Below, piece by piece: positions 48,201 to 57,995 of a DNA stretch of 64,000 nucleotides (position 1 is the stretch's first letter; every line of letters begins with the position of its first letter). Made by a program: the position numbers and the translations under genes. The notes under the pieces are model-generated. The model was not told the origin of the DNA, made no database searches, and saw only the letters and a list, made by a program, of their open reading frames with translations. The stretch comes from Nitrosopumilus sp. (GTDB taxonomy: Archaea > Thermoproteota > Nitrososphaeria > Nitrososphaerales > Nitrosopumilaceae), in the NCBI GenBank assembly GCA_963662625.1, contig OY759726.1, forward strand, positions 1,280,001-1,344,000, in the 5' to 3' direction.

Positions 48201-51200
48201 AGACCTGTACGTACTGTTCCTCAATTCCGACGGAACCGTAAAGCGCGCCGCCGAGGTAAACGGGACGGTTCCCAACGGCCCCGCGCTGGCCGCCAATGAC
48301 AAGTTTGCCGAGTCGGTGGCAAGCCTCGGCGACCTCGACGGCGACGGCGTGGTGGACATCGCGGCGGGCGCGCCGGGCCACACGCTTGGCGGCGCCGATG
48401 CGGGAGACCTGTACGTCATGTTCATGAATTCAGACGGCACCGTGAAACGCACCGTCGAGATCAACGGCCAGACGCCCAACGGCCCGGCAGTCTCGGAAGG
48501 CGACCGCTTCGGCCAGTCCGTGGCAAACATCGGCGACCTCGACGGCGACGGCACCGCCGACATCGCCGTCGGCGCGACAGGGCCGCCCGACAGCGCTGCC
48601 ACCGGCGGCCTGTTCGTCATGCTCATGAACGCCGACGGCACCGTGAAACGCACCGCCGAGATCAACGGCCAGACGCCCAACGGCCCGGCAGTCTCGGAAG
48701 GCGACCGCTTCGGCCAGTCCGTGGCAAACATCGGCGACCTCGACGGCGACGGCACCGCCGACATCGCCGTCGGCGCGACAGGGCCGCCCGACAGCGCTGC
48801 CACCGGCGGCCTGTTCGTCATGCTCATGAACGCCGACGGCACGGTAAAGGACACCACCAGGATCGACGGCGACGCCCCAAACGGCCCCTCGTTGAGTCCG
48901 GGCGACCGCTTTGGCTGGTCCGTTGGAAGCATAGGCGACCTCGACGGGGACGGGATGGGCGACATGGCAGTCGGCACGTCCGGCAATGACACGTTGCACA
49001 TATTATTCGCGGGCAGTTCGGGAGCCCTGAATGCCACGGCCGAGATCCAGGGCAGGGACGCCGTGTCCCTCCTGACAAAAGGCACCTACTTTGGGTGGTC
49101 TGCCGAGAACATCGGCGACCTCGACGGCGACGGCACCGCCGACGTCGCCGTGGGCGCGCCGGGACACATCCGGGACGACGCGGCCACCGGGGAACTGTAC
49201 GTCATGTTCATGAATTCAGACGGCACGGCCAGGAGCACGGCGGTGATCAACGGCCAGACGCCCAACGGCCCGGCGCTGGCAGGGGGAGACCGCTTCGGCT
49301 CCTCCGTGGCGGGCATCGGCGACCTCGACGGCGACGGCGTCACCGACATCGCGGTAGGCGCCACGGGACACGCCCTTGCCGGCGTCACCACCGGGGACCT
49401 GTACGTCATGTTCATGAATTCCGACGGCACGGTCAAGCGCACGACCGAGGTCAACGGGACGGTTCCCAACGGGCCGTCCCTCTCCCAAGCCGACAGGTTC
49501 GGAGACTCCGTGGCGAACCTCGGCGACCTCGACGGCGACGGCGTGGCGGACATCGCGGCGGGCGCGCCGGGCCGCTTCCTTGGCGGTGCGGCCACGGGCG
49601 ACCTCCACGTCCTGTTCATGAACCAGGACGGCACCGTAAAGCGCGCCGTCGAGATCAACGATGAGAAGCCCAACGTCCTTGCCATGGCCGAGGGCGGCCG
49701 CTTCGGCTCCTCCGTGGCGAACCTCGGCGACCTCGACGGCGACGGCACCGCGGACGTCGCCGTCGGCGCGCCGGGACGCGTCTTCGACAGGTCCAACACG
49801 GGCAGCCTCTACGTCATCTTCCTCAACCCCGACGGCACCGCAAAGCGCACCGTCGAGATCGACTCCGACATGCCCAACGTGCCAGCACTGGCACCAAGCG
49901 ACCATTTCGGAACCTCCGTGACGGGCCTCGGGGACGTCGACGGCAACGGCACGGTAGACATCGCGGTATCCGCCCCGTCCGGCCGCGTTGCAGGCACCGA
50001 CGTGGGCAACATCTACGTCATGTTCCTCGCCCCGGACGGCACGGTAAACCGTACCGCGGAGATCAACGCCACGACCCCCAACGGCCCGGCACTGGCCGGG
50101 GGAGAGCGCTTCGGCACGTCGGTGGCCAGCCTCGGCGACCTCGACGGCGACGGCGGCGTGGACCTGGTGGCCGGTGCCCCGCTCTCGTCCTCGGCATACG
50201 TGATGTACTCCACCACCACCCAGGCCGACTTCGTCACCACCTGGGAGACGAAGCGCCCCGGCGAGTCCGTCAGGATCCCCGTCGGCGGCGCCACGGGCAC
50301 CTACACGGTCGACTGGGGCGACGGCGCCTCCACCATGGAGACGGGCGACGCCGCGCACGCGTACGACGCCCCCGGCACGTACCAGGTCAGGATATCTGGC
50401 GACTTTACCAGGATCTACCTGGGAGGCGACCCTGGCAATGCGGCCAAACTGAGCTCCATCGACCAGTGGGGCGCCATCCAATGGGACACGATGGAGTCGG
50501 CGTTCACGAAAGCATCCAACATGGTGTACAACGCAATGGACGCTCCCGACCTCTCGATGGTCACCGACACGTCAAGCATGTTCGCGTTTGCATCCTCCTT
50601 CAACCAGTCCCTCAACTCCTGGGACGTCTCAAGCGTCACCGACATGTCAAACATGTTCGAAAGCGCCTCGACCTTCAACGGGGACATTTCCTCCTGGGAC
50701 GTCTCGTCCGTCACCGACATGTCGGGCATGTTCGTCCAGACCCCGTTCAACCAGCCCATCGGCTCCTGGGACACGTCCAGCGCCACCGACATGTCATACA
50801 TGTTCACCGTCGCCCGGTCCTTCAACCAGCCCATCGGCTCCTGGGACGTCTCGAGCGTCACCAACATGAGGGGCATATTCACCCATTCGGCCTCGTTCAA
50901 CCAGCCCATCGGCTCCTGGGACACGTCCAGCGTCACCGACATGTCCTTCATGTTCACCGTCGCCCGGTCCTTCAACCAGCCCATCGGCTCCTGGGACACG
51001 TCCAGCGTCACCGACATGTTCCACACGTTCAACGCGGCATCCTCCTTCAACCAGCCCATCGGCTCCTGGGACGTCTCGTCCGTGACCGACACGTCATCCA
51101 TGTTCGCGTTTGCATCCTCCTTCAACCAGCCCATCGGCTCCTGGGACGTCTCGTCCGTAGTCAACGCGTCGGACATGTTCGAGGGCGCCTCCTCCTTCAA

Positions 51201-52293
51201 CCAGCCCATCGGCTCCTGGGACACGTCCAGCGTCACCGACATGTCAGAGATGTTCGAGGGCGCCTCCTCCTTCAACCAGCCCATCGGCTCCTGGGACGTC
51301 TCGAGCGTCACCGACATGGTCCGCATGTTCCACTTTGCCTCCTCCTTCGACCAGAACCTCGGCGACTGGTACGTCGTGCCTGCCGACGCCCGGGTGAACA
51401 GCGGCAGCACCATGGTCACCACCATCGCTACGCAGAACCCCTACCTTGACGGGCAGAACCCCGCATACAGGGTCGCGGCGGGAGGCGACGGGGACATGTT
51501 CGAAGTGTGCGGCAACATCCTCAAATCCACGTCCCCCGCGTACTCCAAGCCCTCGTACGACATCACCATCGTGTCCACCGGCGGCTTCTCCCCGCCCAAC
51601 TCAAGCGACATGACGGTCACCGTGGGCGGCGACACCGGCAGCGACACAGCCATGATCCGGGGAACCGTCTTTACCGACTCCAACGGCAACGGGATCCGGG
51701 ATCCCGGCGAGTTCGGGATCCCAGGATACACGATGTACGCCATAGGCCTTACAAACCCGCAGGTCGTCCTCGAGGCGGTCACGTGTTCCGACGGCACGTA
51801 CGCGTTCGAGGGCCTCGCCCCGTCCGAGACGGCGCTGGTACAGACCACGTACTTCCCGTTTGACCACACCATCACCACCGGCCCGTTCTACGCTTACGTG
51901 GAGCCTGCCATGGGCACGCCCGCCACGTTTGACGTGGGATTCCGCCCCGTGGCGCCGTCGGAGACCGTGACGCTTGACGTCGTCGCGTACCAGGATAACA
52001 ACGCAAACGGCACGCTTGACCAGGGCGAGGCGGCAATACCGGGCGTCACGGTGACCGTCTACACGTACACCACGAACGAGCTGGACGCGGTGACCACTGG
52101 CACGGGCGGCACCGCAAGCAAGGCCGGCATCGCCCCGGCGGACTTTCTGGCGCAGGTCGTCCTCCCGCAGGGATACGCCCGGGCGACGTCGCCCGTGGAA
52201 CCGGCGTCCGGCACCCCCGGCGCGCTCGTCGTGGCCAACCCAGAACCTGGATCCACCGTCCAGATGCTGATCGGCCTGGTCCCCGGCCAGTAA
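45283..52293 (+). CDS. Giant secreted adhesin-like protein: 24 FG-GAP repeats, PKD, DUF285/BspA LRR array, cadherin-like and two SdrD-B-like domains
   Basis: Signal peptide ending AYA; 24 GD(L/V)D(G/S)(D/N)G..(D/E)-type motifs; FVTTW...VDWGDG PKD; FNQPIGSWD repeats; [17 protein letters not shown] and [14 protein letters not shown]. Confidence 0.9.
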   Translation: MLKAPPCVVIAIMVAAVTASSAVLVAAGADAAYADHADPVSLSSTVKIDGVAISGGAFSSDSSFGANVAGIGDLDGDGTADVAVGAPGASSCRTCTGEAYVLFMNPDLTVRAAATVNGDTPNGPSLSAGDRFGSSVAGIGDLDGDGTADIAVGAAGHVSGGAGAGDLHILFMNSDGTVKRTAEIGSQTPNGPALAADDKFGESVTSLGDLDGDGVTDIAAGAPGHYQDDVGAGSVYVMFLRPDGTVKRTAEIGNGTPNVPALPASGNFGEAAAALGDLDGDGSLEVAVGAPGDAAGAADTGGVYLVSVNPDGTVKRAAAVGGGAPNAPALAGGAHFGASVAGLGDLDGDGTADVAVGAPGVFLRSAYPGQVHVLFLNPDGTVKRAAAVGGDTPNGPSLDAGDHFGWSVASLGDLDSDGYVELAAGTYGDDTIHVMSVGGDAGSPVKRTGEIQGRDVVPPLVENDYFGWSVDGIGDLDSDGVPDVAVGAPGRNVGGSDTGEAYVLFMNPDGTVRDQARIDGGTPNGPSLAAGDRFGSSVAGIGDLDGDGTADMAAGSPGHVLGGSGTGYLSVMFLNPDGTVRDTARIDGGTPNAPSLAADARFGESASGIGDLDGDGVPDVAVGAPGHATRGSGTGDVHVLFMNPDGTVKRAATVNAGSQNGPALEPGARFGWSVAGIGDLDSDGVPDVAVGAPGHATRGTGTGGVHVLFMNPDGTVKRAAQVDGTAPNGPSLAAGDRFGAAVSGIGDLDSDGVTDVAVGAPGPVIGQPGRESLFVLLMNPDGTVKRTSEMGSGTPNGPSLTAGDRFGAAVSGIGDLDGDGNVEVAVAAPASASVYVAYTSAAHAYGHPVSLLSTVEIDGVAISGSVLSADLSFGSSVAGVGDLDGDGVADIAVGASGVTGCTCTGEIYVLFMNADGTVKRTAEIDSGTPNVPALIPGDRFGISVASLGDLDSDGVTDIAVGASGHALGGVTTGDLYVLFLNSDGTVKRAAEVNGTVPNGPALAANDKFAESVASLGDLDGDGVVDIAAGAPGHTLGGADAGDLYVMFMNSDGTVKRTVEINGQTPNGPAVSEGDRFGQSVANIGDLDGDGTADIAVGATGPPDSAATGGLFVMLMNADGTVKRTAEINGQTPNGPAVSEGDRFGQSVANIGDLDGDGTADIAVGATGPPDSAATGGLFVMLMNADGTVKDTTRIDGDAPNGPSLSPGDRFGWSVGSIGDLDGDGMGDMAVGTSGNDTLHILFAGSSGALNATAEIQGRDAVSLLTKGTYFGWSAENIGDLDGDGTADVAVGAPGHIRDDAATGELYVMFMNSDGTARSTAVINGQTPNGPALAGGDRFGSSVAGIGDLDGDGVTDIAVGATGHALAGVTTGDLYVMFMNSDGTVKRTTEVNGTVPNGPSLSQADRFGDSVANLGDLDGDGVADIAAGAPGRFLGGAATGDLHVLFMNQDGTVKRAVEINDEKPNVLAMAEGGRFGSSVANLGDLDGDGTADVAVGAPGRVFDRSNTGSLYVIFLNPDGTAKRTVEIDSDMPNVPALAPSDHFGTSVTGLGDVDGNGTVDIAVSAPSGRVAGTDVGNIYVMFLAPDGTVNRTAEINATTPNGPALAGGERFGTSVASLGDLDGDGGVDLVAGAPLSSSAYVMYSTTTQADFVTTWETKRPGESVRIPVGGATGTYTVDWGDGASTMETGDAAHAYDAPGTYQVRISGDFTRIYLGGDPGNAAKLSSIDQWGAIQWDTMESAFTKASNMVYNAMDAPDLSMVTDTSSMFAFASSFNQSLNSWDVSSVTDMSNMFESASTFNGDISSWDVSSVTDMSGMFVQTPFNQPIGSWDTSSATDMSYMFTVARSFNQPIGSWDVSSVTNMRGIFTHSASFNQPIGSWDTSSVTDMSFMFTVARSFNQPIGSWDTSSVTDMFHTFNAASSFNQPIGSWDVSSVTDTSSMFAFASSFNQPIGSWDVSSVVNASDMFEGASSFNQPIGSWDTSSVTDMSEMFEGASSFNQPIGSWDVSSVTDMVRMFHFASSFDQNLGDWYVVPADARVNSGSTMVTTIATQNPYLDGQNPAYRVAAGGDGDMFEVCGNILKSTSPAYSKPSYDITIVSTGGFSPPNSSDMTVTVGGDTGSDTAMIRGTVFTDSNGNGIRDPGEFGIPGYTMYAIGLTNPQVVLEAVTCSDGTYAFEGLAPSETALVQTTYFPFDHTITTGPFYAYVEPAMGTPATFDVGFRPVAPSETVTLDVVAYQDNNANGTLDQGEAAIPGVTVTVYTYTTNELDAVTTGTGGTASKAGIAPADFLAQVVLPQGYARATSPVEPASGTPGALVVANPEPGSTVQMLIGLVPGQ
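45469..50200 (+). repeat. FG-GAP coding repeats (~200 bp x24), including a near-perfect 201-bp tandem duplication at 48433-48842
   Basis: Counted from the translation; the duplicated copies differ at one position seen (gtc/gcc). Confidence 0.9.
50599..51370 (+). repeat. DUF285 75-bp coding repeats; identical 27-bp core x8 (50746-51297)
   Basis: ttcaaccagcccatcggctcctgggac at 50746, 50821, 50896, 50971, 51046, 51121, 51196 and 51271. Confidence 0.92.
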
Positions 52294-52426
52294 GCCCGGT
52301 GCCTGCGTTTCGCGCGACCCGCTCCCGGGACGGCGCGATTCCAACCCGGAACAGCCCGCAAGGGCGCCCGGGATCGAGCCAGACCGTCCTTGATATGTTT
52401 ATTTGTGGGTGCTTCCGACGTATCCC

Positions 52427-52663
52427 ATGCACGATGATGAGCCTGACACGTTCGTCCTGCAGTCGTGGCCTGAAAAATTCAGCGGCATGCTGAAGGGGAT
52501 CGGAGTAGACTCCAAGCCGAAGCAGAGGGGATCGGACGAGGCAGAGAAGGGCGACTATTACAGCCGGTACTTCGCCCACACGGCAAGGATGATCACCAAC
52601 CACGGCTGCCTCGACGTAGAGAATTCTAACATCGATGTCATACAAATAATCCAGAAGGGATAG
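52427..52663 (+). CDS. Conserved hypothetical protein
   Basis: TTTATTT box at ~52398; 78 aa. Confidence 0.65.
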   Translation: MHDDEPDTFVLQSWPEKFSGMLKGIGVDSKPKQRGSDEAEKGDYYSRYFAHTARMITNHGCLDVENSNIDVIQIIQKG

Positions 52664-52666
52664 CAG

Positions 52667-53044
52667 ATGCAGGATCCGAACCCGATGCCATGGGGCGCGC
52701 TAGACAGGTACCAGGCCCATTTCATAGTCAGGCGCGACGCGGGAGCCGCGGTCGGCGACTACCTCGCAAAGACGAGGCTTTCCACGCGGGGGCATTTCGC
52801 AGCAAAGACGGTCGTCAAGGTGGAATGGGATGGCCCGGGCCGCCTGGCGGCCAGGCTGAACGGGGACGACGAGCTCAACTCAATGATCGCGCGGCAGCCC
52901 TACCGTGACGCGACGATCTACGTGGAGCCGACCGACGGCGCGGTGAGGATCCGCAACAAGTGGAAGAACCACCTGGACTTCGGGATCACGAGGGATCTCT
53001 TTGACATTTACGACCGGATCGCGGGCCACGTAAGGCAGGTCTAG
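52667..53044 (+). CDS. Conserved hypothetical protein
   Basis: 125 aa, 3 nt after and in frame with the upstream gene. Confidence 0.65.
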   Translation: MQDPNPMPWGALDRYQAHFIVRRDAGAAVGDYLAKTRLSTRGHFAAKTVVKVEWDGPGRLAARLNGDDELNSMIARQPYRDATIYVEPTDGAVRIRNKWKNHLDFGITRDLFDIYDRIAGHVRQV

Positions 53045-53583
53045 GCCTTCCACCAGTCCAGCGCCAAAAAGTCCACCCTTCCACGCCCCCTGACCACGGC
53101 CAGTATGAACTGCTTCCGGACGGTGGTGGCAAGCCTTCCAGCGAGGACTATCCCAGTGGCGGTGATCGGCTCTCCCCTGCCGTACACCTGGACCAGGTAC
53201 GGGGCGTGGTCGATCCCCGGGCCCCTCTCGTACACCGCAAAGTCGCACCCGAACTTTATGCCCGGGGTCACGACGTACCCCTTGGACCTGAAGCTCTTGT
53301 AGACCGGGTATTTCTTGTCAAAGCCGTGGTATTCCCTCTCGCATATGCCCGTCATCTCGTCCACGGACACCCTGCTCCTCGCCCTGGAGACCGAGATCTC
53401 CCCGTTCTCCAGCAGGTACAGCCCCTCCATGAGATCCAGCACCAGCGGCGCGTCTATCTCCTCTGGCTTTGGCTTTGGGATGCCTATGGGCTTCCCGTAG
53501 TAGCCCCTGCCGAAGAGCTTCCTCGCGTCGCCTATGTCCCACATTATTATCCTGTCCTCGATCAGCTCTCCCTTCATGCCCAC
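53041..53583 (-). CDS. endA: tRNA-splicing endonuclease, catalytic subunit
   Basis: GIKFGCDFAVY...PGIDHAPY...LATTVRK (Tyr/His/Lys triad). Confidence 0.92.
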   Translation of the reverse strand: MGMKGELIEDRIIMWDIGDARKLFGRGYYGKPIGIPKPKPEEIDAPLVLDLMEGLYLLENGEISVSRARSRVSVDEMTGICEREYHGFDKKYPVYKSFRSKGYVVTPGIKFGCDFAVYERGPGIDHAPYLVQVYGRGEPITATGIVLAGRLATTVRKQFILAVVRGRGRVDFLALDWWKA

Positions 53584-53627
53584 GTGAAGGCCGCCCGGAC
53601 ATATGAATTATGGAGGGCCGCCGCCGG

Positions 53628-54281
53628 CTACAGGCTCAGCGCCAGCAGTATGAAAGAGTCCGACACCCTCTGGCACTTGTCTGCCATCTCCTCGATCCCC
53701 TCTATCACGTCCTTCATCAGCATCAGCTCCTTCGTGTTGCTGACCTCGCTGAGAAGCTTGAGCGTCGCCTGCCTGTACTTTATGTCGATCTCCCTCTCTA
53801 TCTTCTGCGTCTCCTGCGCAAGCTCGATCGCGTTTGCCGTGTTCGTGTTCAGGCTCCTGATTATCTCGTTCAGCTTGTAGACCTCGTCGACGACCAGCTC
53901 GATCAGCTTCGTAAAGTCCTTGTCCAGCTTCGCGTTCTTCAGGGTGGTGGGCTTGACGTTGGAGAGCTTGAACGATATCCCGGTTATGTAGCCCGCTATC
54001 TCGTCCATCGTGTACGCGGTGTTCAGCAGGTTCTCCCTGTTCATGATGAGGCCCCCGACGTCTGCCACCTCCCTGGTGATCTTCCGCCTGAGGTTCTCCA
54101 CCTCCTCCTCGATCGACGAGATCTGCTCCAGCGCGTTCTTGACGCCAGCCTTGTCCCTCCTCATCATGAGGTCGGGCAGCGTAGCCAGCTCCCGTGACGC
54201 GTTGAGGATCCTGTTTATCTCGTCCTGCAGTACGGCTATGGCCTTTCGCTTCGCCTGGACCTCTAGCTCGCCGCTATACAT
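53628..54281 (-). CDS. DUF47 / PhoU-like phosphate transport regulator
   Basis: Two helical repeats: IEEEVENLRR, IEREID and IEEMADKC. Confidence 0.8.
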   Translation of the reverse strand: MYSGELEVQAKRKAIAVLQDEINRILNASRELATLPDLMMRRDKAGVKNALEQISSIEEEVENLRRKITREVADVGGLIMNRENLLNTAYTMDEIAGYITGISFKLSNVKPTTLKNAKLDKDFTKLIELVVDEVYKLNEIIRSLNTNTANAIELAQETQKIEREIDIKYRQATLKLLSEVSNTKELMLMKDVIEGIEEMADKCQRVSDSFILLALSL

Positions 54282-54337
54282 AACAGGATCCTAGAAATTC
54301 CGGGGCAATTTAAATCCTAAACGTTTTGCGCCCCGGG

Positions 54338-56095
54338 CTAGGCATTCCCGTACGCCACCTTCTTCTGGCCCCGGTAGAGGGCGATCACCTCCTCGCTGGT
54401 AGACGCGTCCTCGGCAGCCTTCTCGTCCCTGACCCTCCCTGTGAACTTTGGAAACCTCAGCGCCAGCCCGGCCCCCTCCCTGATCGAGCCCCACGCGGCC
54501 CTGTGGACCGGGCTCAGCGTGATCTCCGAGGCGATCACCTCTATGACCAGCTCCGGGTCGAACCAGACGTCTGCCTCCATCCCGCTGTCTATCCTGGGGT
54601 TCCTCTTTATGGTCACCCTGCCAGAGAGCATCTGGTACAGCCTGTCCAGGTCCTCGTCGGTAAAGCCGGTCCCAACCTTGCATATGCTGGTAAACGCGTC
54701 CGACTCGTCGTACGTGGCAAGGAGCAGCGTCCCGTACCTTCCAGTCCTCCGCCCCCTCCCGAAGAACGCCCCGATCACGACCAGGTCCAGGCTGTCTCCC
54801 AGCTCGTTCCTGTACTCGCGTTTCAGCTTGAGCCAGTGGCTCCCCCTCGACCCGGCCTGGTACGGCTTGTCGAGCATCTTCAGCATGAGCCCCTCGCACC
54901 CGGAGTTGATGCTGTTCTCCAGGGCCTCCTCGACGCCGCTGCCGTCCGAGACGAGGGACATGGGGACGCACCTCACGAACTCGTCCTCCGCCACCACCGT
55001 TTCGAGCACCTTCCTCCTCTCAAGGTACCCCATGTCCAGGCAGCTCCTGCCGTCGCAGAACAGCACGTCGAAGCAGTTCACCGTGATCGGGTACTGCCTC
55101 ACGGCGTCTTCGATCTTGTACTTCCTCCTCCTGTGCATCAGTTCCTGGAAGGGGAGGAAATCACCCGTGTCCTCGTTGACCGCCACCGCCTCCGCCTCCA
55201 GGATCGCCCCGCCGGCCTTGATCGCCCTTGGCGCCCTCTCGACTATGTCCGGGTAGTACCCGGTGATGTCCTCCAGGCTCCTCGAGAACAGCACGACCCT
55301 GCCGCCGTCAACGTGCACCTGGACCCTCTCCCCGTCAAGCTTGTACTCGGCCGCAAACTCCTCCCCCATCTTTGCGACCGCCTCCTCCTCGCTCCTCGTC
55401 CTCTCCGCCAGCATCGGCCTCACCGGGCTGAACAGGCTGATCTGGAACCGCGCGACCCCGTCAAGCCCGTCGGAGGCGACGGTCTCGGCAACCCTTCCCA
55501 GGTCGCTTGAGACGTTGTACGCGTGCTCCAGGACGTTCCTGTTCCCCTTGTCCCCCGAAAACGCTATGGCCAGCGCGTCCATCACGGTGTTCTCCGCGAT
55601 CCCGAGGCGCAGCGTCCCGAGCAGGATCTTCAGGATGAACCTGGCCTCCAGCGGCGTGGCGTCGTTCAGGAGGCTCGAGATGTACTTCACCTTCATGTCC
55701 TGCGAGCGTGAGCCTTCCAGGCTTGCTATCTTGAACAGCGTCTCGTAGACGCGTTCCACCGTGATGTCTTCGGCCACGAACGTGGTCTGCGTCTTCTGCT
55801 CCAGCATGACAGACGCCGCGCGCCCCAGGTCTCCCAGCTTCCTGTACTCGTCCTCCACCTTCTTGGACGGGATGCCCGACGACTTTGAGATCGCCCTGAT
55901 GGCGAGCTTTTCTGCCACCCCCAACTCCACCCCCTCGAAGTCGGGCCTCAGCTTCCCCTGCAGGAGGTACACGATCTTGGCTATGGCGCCGCGCGTCGTG
56001 TTTTCAAACAGCTCCACCAGGTGTTGGGTGAGCTCGAGCCTCTTCCTCGTGGACTCCATCTTGTTGAATGCGTCCGCTAGTATGGAAAACTCCAC
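54338..56095 (-). CDS. lig: ATP-dependent DNA ligase
   Basis: EYKLDGER, EGLMLK, WLKLK and ALRFPKF. Confidence 0.96.
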   Translation of the reverse strand: MEFSILADAFNKMESTRKRLELTQHLVELFENTTRGAIAKIVYLLQGKLRPDFEGVELGVAEKLAIRAISKSSGIPSKKVEDEYRKLGDLGRAASVMLEQKTQTTFVAEDITVERVYETLFKIASLEGSRSQDMKVKYISSLLNDATPLEARFILKILLGTLRLGIAENTVMDALAIAFSGDKGNRNVLEHAYNVSSDLGRVAETVASDGLDGVARFQISLFSPVRPMLAERTRSEEEAVAKMGEEFAAEYKLDGERVQVHVDGGRVVLFSRSLEDITGYYPDIVERAPRAIKAGGAILEAEAVAVNEDTGDFLPFQELMHRRRKYKIEDAVRQYPITVNCFDVLFCDGRSCLDMGYLERRKVLETVVAEDEFVRCVPMSLVSDGSGVEEALENSINSGCEGLMLKMLDKPYQAGSRGSHWLKLKREYRNELGDSLDLVVIGAFFGRGRRTGRYGTLLLATYDESDAFTSICKVGTGFTDEDLDRLYQMLSGRVTIKRNPRIDSGMEADVWFDPELVIEVIASEITLSPVHRAAWGSIREGAGLALRFPKFTGRVRDEKAAEDASTSEEVIALYRGQKKVAYGNA

Positions 56096-56131
56096 TTTAA
56101 TACCGGCGCGCCTCTCGCATAAAAGTTTGAG

Positions 56132-56539
56132 TCATATGTACCTGAAGATGGTCGGCCTGTCCGACTCCGGCATGTCGGACACCAGCGCGAAGTTGTACAG
56201 CGGGTACGCCTTCTTGTACTGCTTCATAAAGCTCCATGCCACGTCGTGCGTCTTGAACTCCGTCCTGATCCCGTCGATCGTGCCCCGCTTCCCAAAGACG
56301 TCAAACACGACCACGCTGTACTTCTTCGGGCGGTTGTGCGGCTTTGCCTTCAGCAGCCACGCGAGCGCGAACACGAACACCGCCCCCAGGATCACCGACT
56401 CCCCGGCCACCTTGAAGAACGCCATGAACACGCCGGGTATGGTCTGGCCAAACAGCACGGCCACGAAGTTGGAGAACGAGATCACCGCAAGCGCCGTGAA
56501 GATGTACGTCTTCCAGTCGAACACCTTGCGGAAAGCCAT
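56132..56539 (-). CDS. Membrane hypothetical protein
   Basis: Two TM helices plus a soluble domain; TATA at ~56565. Confidence 0.7.
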   Translation of the reverse strand: MAFRKVFDWKTYIFTALAVISFSNFVAVLFGQTIPGVFMAFFKVAGESVILGAVFVFALAWLLKAKPHNRPKKYSVVVFDVFGKRGTIDGIRTEFKTHDVAWSFMKQYKKAYPLYNFALVSDMPESDRPTIFRYI

Positions 56540-56625
56540 CTGTCTATTGGTGGTTGTTTTTTCATTTAACTATTTCCACTGGGGCCCGGGGGCCGAATAT
56601 CGGCCCGATCGTGGCGAAACGGGGC

Positions 56626-57762
56626 CTAGTCGGGATCCTCGTACCCTTCCTTCCGCCGGCCGCCGGCCGTGGCCCCATCCATCTTCTTCATCTTGCCCTC
56701 CAGGATCTCCATCCTGGCCCTGTAACCCTCGGCGTACTCCAGCTCCGACGGCACCAGCGTTGCCGGGTGGACGAACCCCTGGCTCCTCATCGCGAGCGCC
56801 CTCTCGGTGGCCACCCCCCTGACATGGTCCCAGTCGGGAGTCGAGAACCCGTCGTACGGGCCAGTGAGCTTCCCCCCGTGCATGCTGAACACGAGCGCCT
56901 CGACTATCGGTATGCAGAAGTTGATGGTGGCCGCCGAGTTCAGCCTCACCGGCATCAGCGGCATGTTGTGGCTGCCCCTGGTGTTCCCCGCCACGTAGTG
57001 CGGGTTGTTGAACACGCTCCCGACCTCCTCGGTCGCCGGGAATTGCTTCTGCGTCCTCACCACGCAGATCGGGTCGTCCTTTCCCACGTACGTCCCAGCT
57101 ATGTTGTGGAGCCTGTCGGTGGACGCCGCGAGGATGGGCTCGCCGTCCTTCGTGGTAACCGTGTCCACCACGTACCTTCCGGGGTACATCAGCGCCGCCT
57201 CGATGGTCGGCTTGTCCTCCCACAGCTCAAGCTCGGCGATCCTGCCTTCCTCCACGTCCATGACGTTGATCCTGACGCCGCCGGCGAGCGACTTGTTGAC
57301 GATCAGCCCCGTGTTGCTCAGCGCGTCTACGAACATCCTGTATATGGGGTAGTTGAACGCCCCGGGCTCCGTCTTGTCCGCCGCGAACACGGTGAACGCC
57401 TCGTTTGGCCTCTCATCGAACTCCATCTCGGCGACTCCCGGGCCCATCCCCTTTACGTTCCCGGAGAATGAGTCCTTCAGCAGGTCCTGCCCGGCGCCGT
57501 ACAGGCCCTCGTTCTTCGCCACCCGGGTCCCGGCCATGAACGCGTCCCACGCTAGCTTGTGGACGTCGCCGTCGTCCGTGCCGCGCGTGTGGGTCATGAT
57601 TATGTGGACGTCGTCGCCGCAATAGCCGATGTAGTGGTCCAGCAGCAGGCCGCCGGCCCCGCCGACCGTGTCGGACACGGCGGCAAGCAGCGCGTCGCTC
57701 GGCCTGGTGTGCCCGCCCACGCCGCCCACGTCCGCCTTGATCACCGAGACAGTCACCTTCAT
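56626..57762 (-). CDS. fbp: Bifunctional fructose-1,6-bisphosphate aldolase/phosphatase (class V FBPase)
   Basis: IKADVGG, GDD, LYGAGQDLL, DKTEPGAFN and YVGKDDP. Confidence 0.95.
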   Translation of the reverse strand: MKVTVSVIKADVGGVGGHTRPSDALLAAVSDTVGGAGGLLLDHYIGYCGDDVHIIMTHTRGTDDGDVHKLAWDAFMAGTRVAKNEGLYGAGQDLLKDSFSGNVKGMGPGVAEMEFDERPNEAFTVFAADKTEPGAFNYPIYRMFVDALSNTGLIVNKSLAGGVRINVMDVEEGRIAELELWEDKPTIEAALMYPGRYVVDTVTTKDGEPILAASTDRLHNIAGTYVGKDDPICVVRTQKQFPATEEVGSVFNNPHYVAGNTRGSHNMPLMPVRLNSAATINFCIPIVEALVFSMHGGKLTGPYDGFSTPDWDHVRGVATERALAMRSQGFVHPATLVPSELEYAEGYRARMEILEGKMKKMDGATAGGRRKEGYEDPD

Positions 57763-57995
57763 GGTTCTACTGTTGTTCCACTTTGATTTATGTGTAATTT
57801 CCCCGGCCCGCCGGTACCGGGATCCGGGCCGGCGCCGCGGCGCCTGCCGCGCCGTTCCGGCGCGCTGCCGCCGGGCGCCCGGCCCGGGACGCCGCGGGAC
57901 GCGCCGCGGTGCCGGCCACCCGCGTCCGGGTGGGGGGCCGCAACCTGCCGCCGACATTCATAACAGTAATAAATCCCCTCAGATACGCATCTGAT

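Noticed and set aside
50746-51297. CRISPR-like pattern of a 27-bp identical repeat with 48-bp spacers
   Set aside because: The period is exactly 75 nt and in frame within a CDS, the spacers are homologous to each other, and there are no cas genes or leader. It is a DUF285 coding repeat.
45283-52293. Diversity-generating retroelement acting on the adhesin
   Set aside because: No reverse transcriptase, no template/variable repeat pair and no adenine-specific mismatch pattern in this window.
45168-52344. Long overlapping and antisense ORFs over the adhesin (e.g. 45261-48095, 944 aa)
   Set aside because: Arg/Gly/Pro-rich shadow frames caused by stop-codon scarcity in high-GC repeats.
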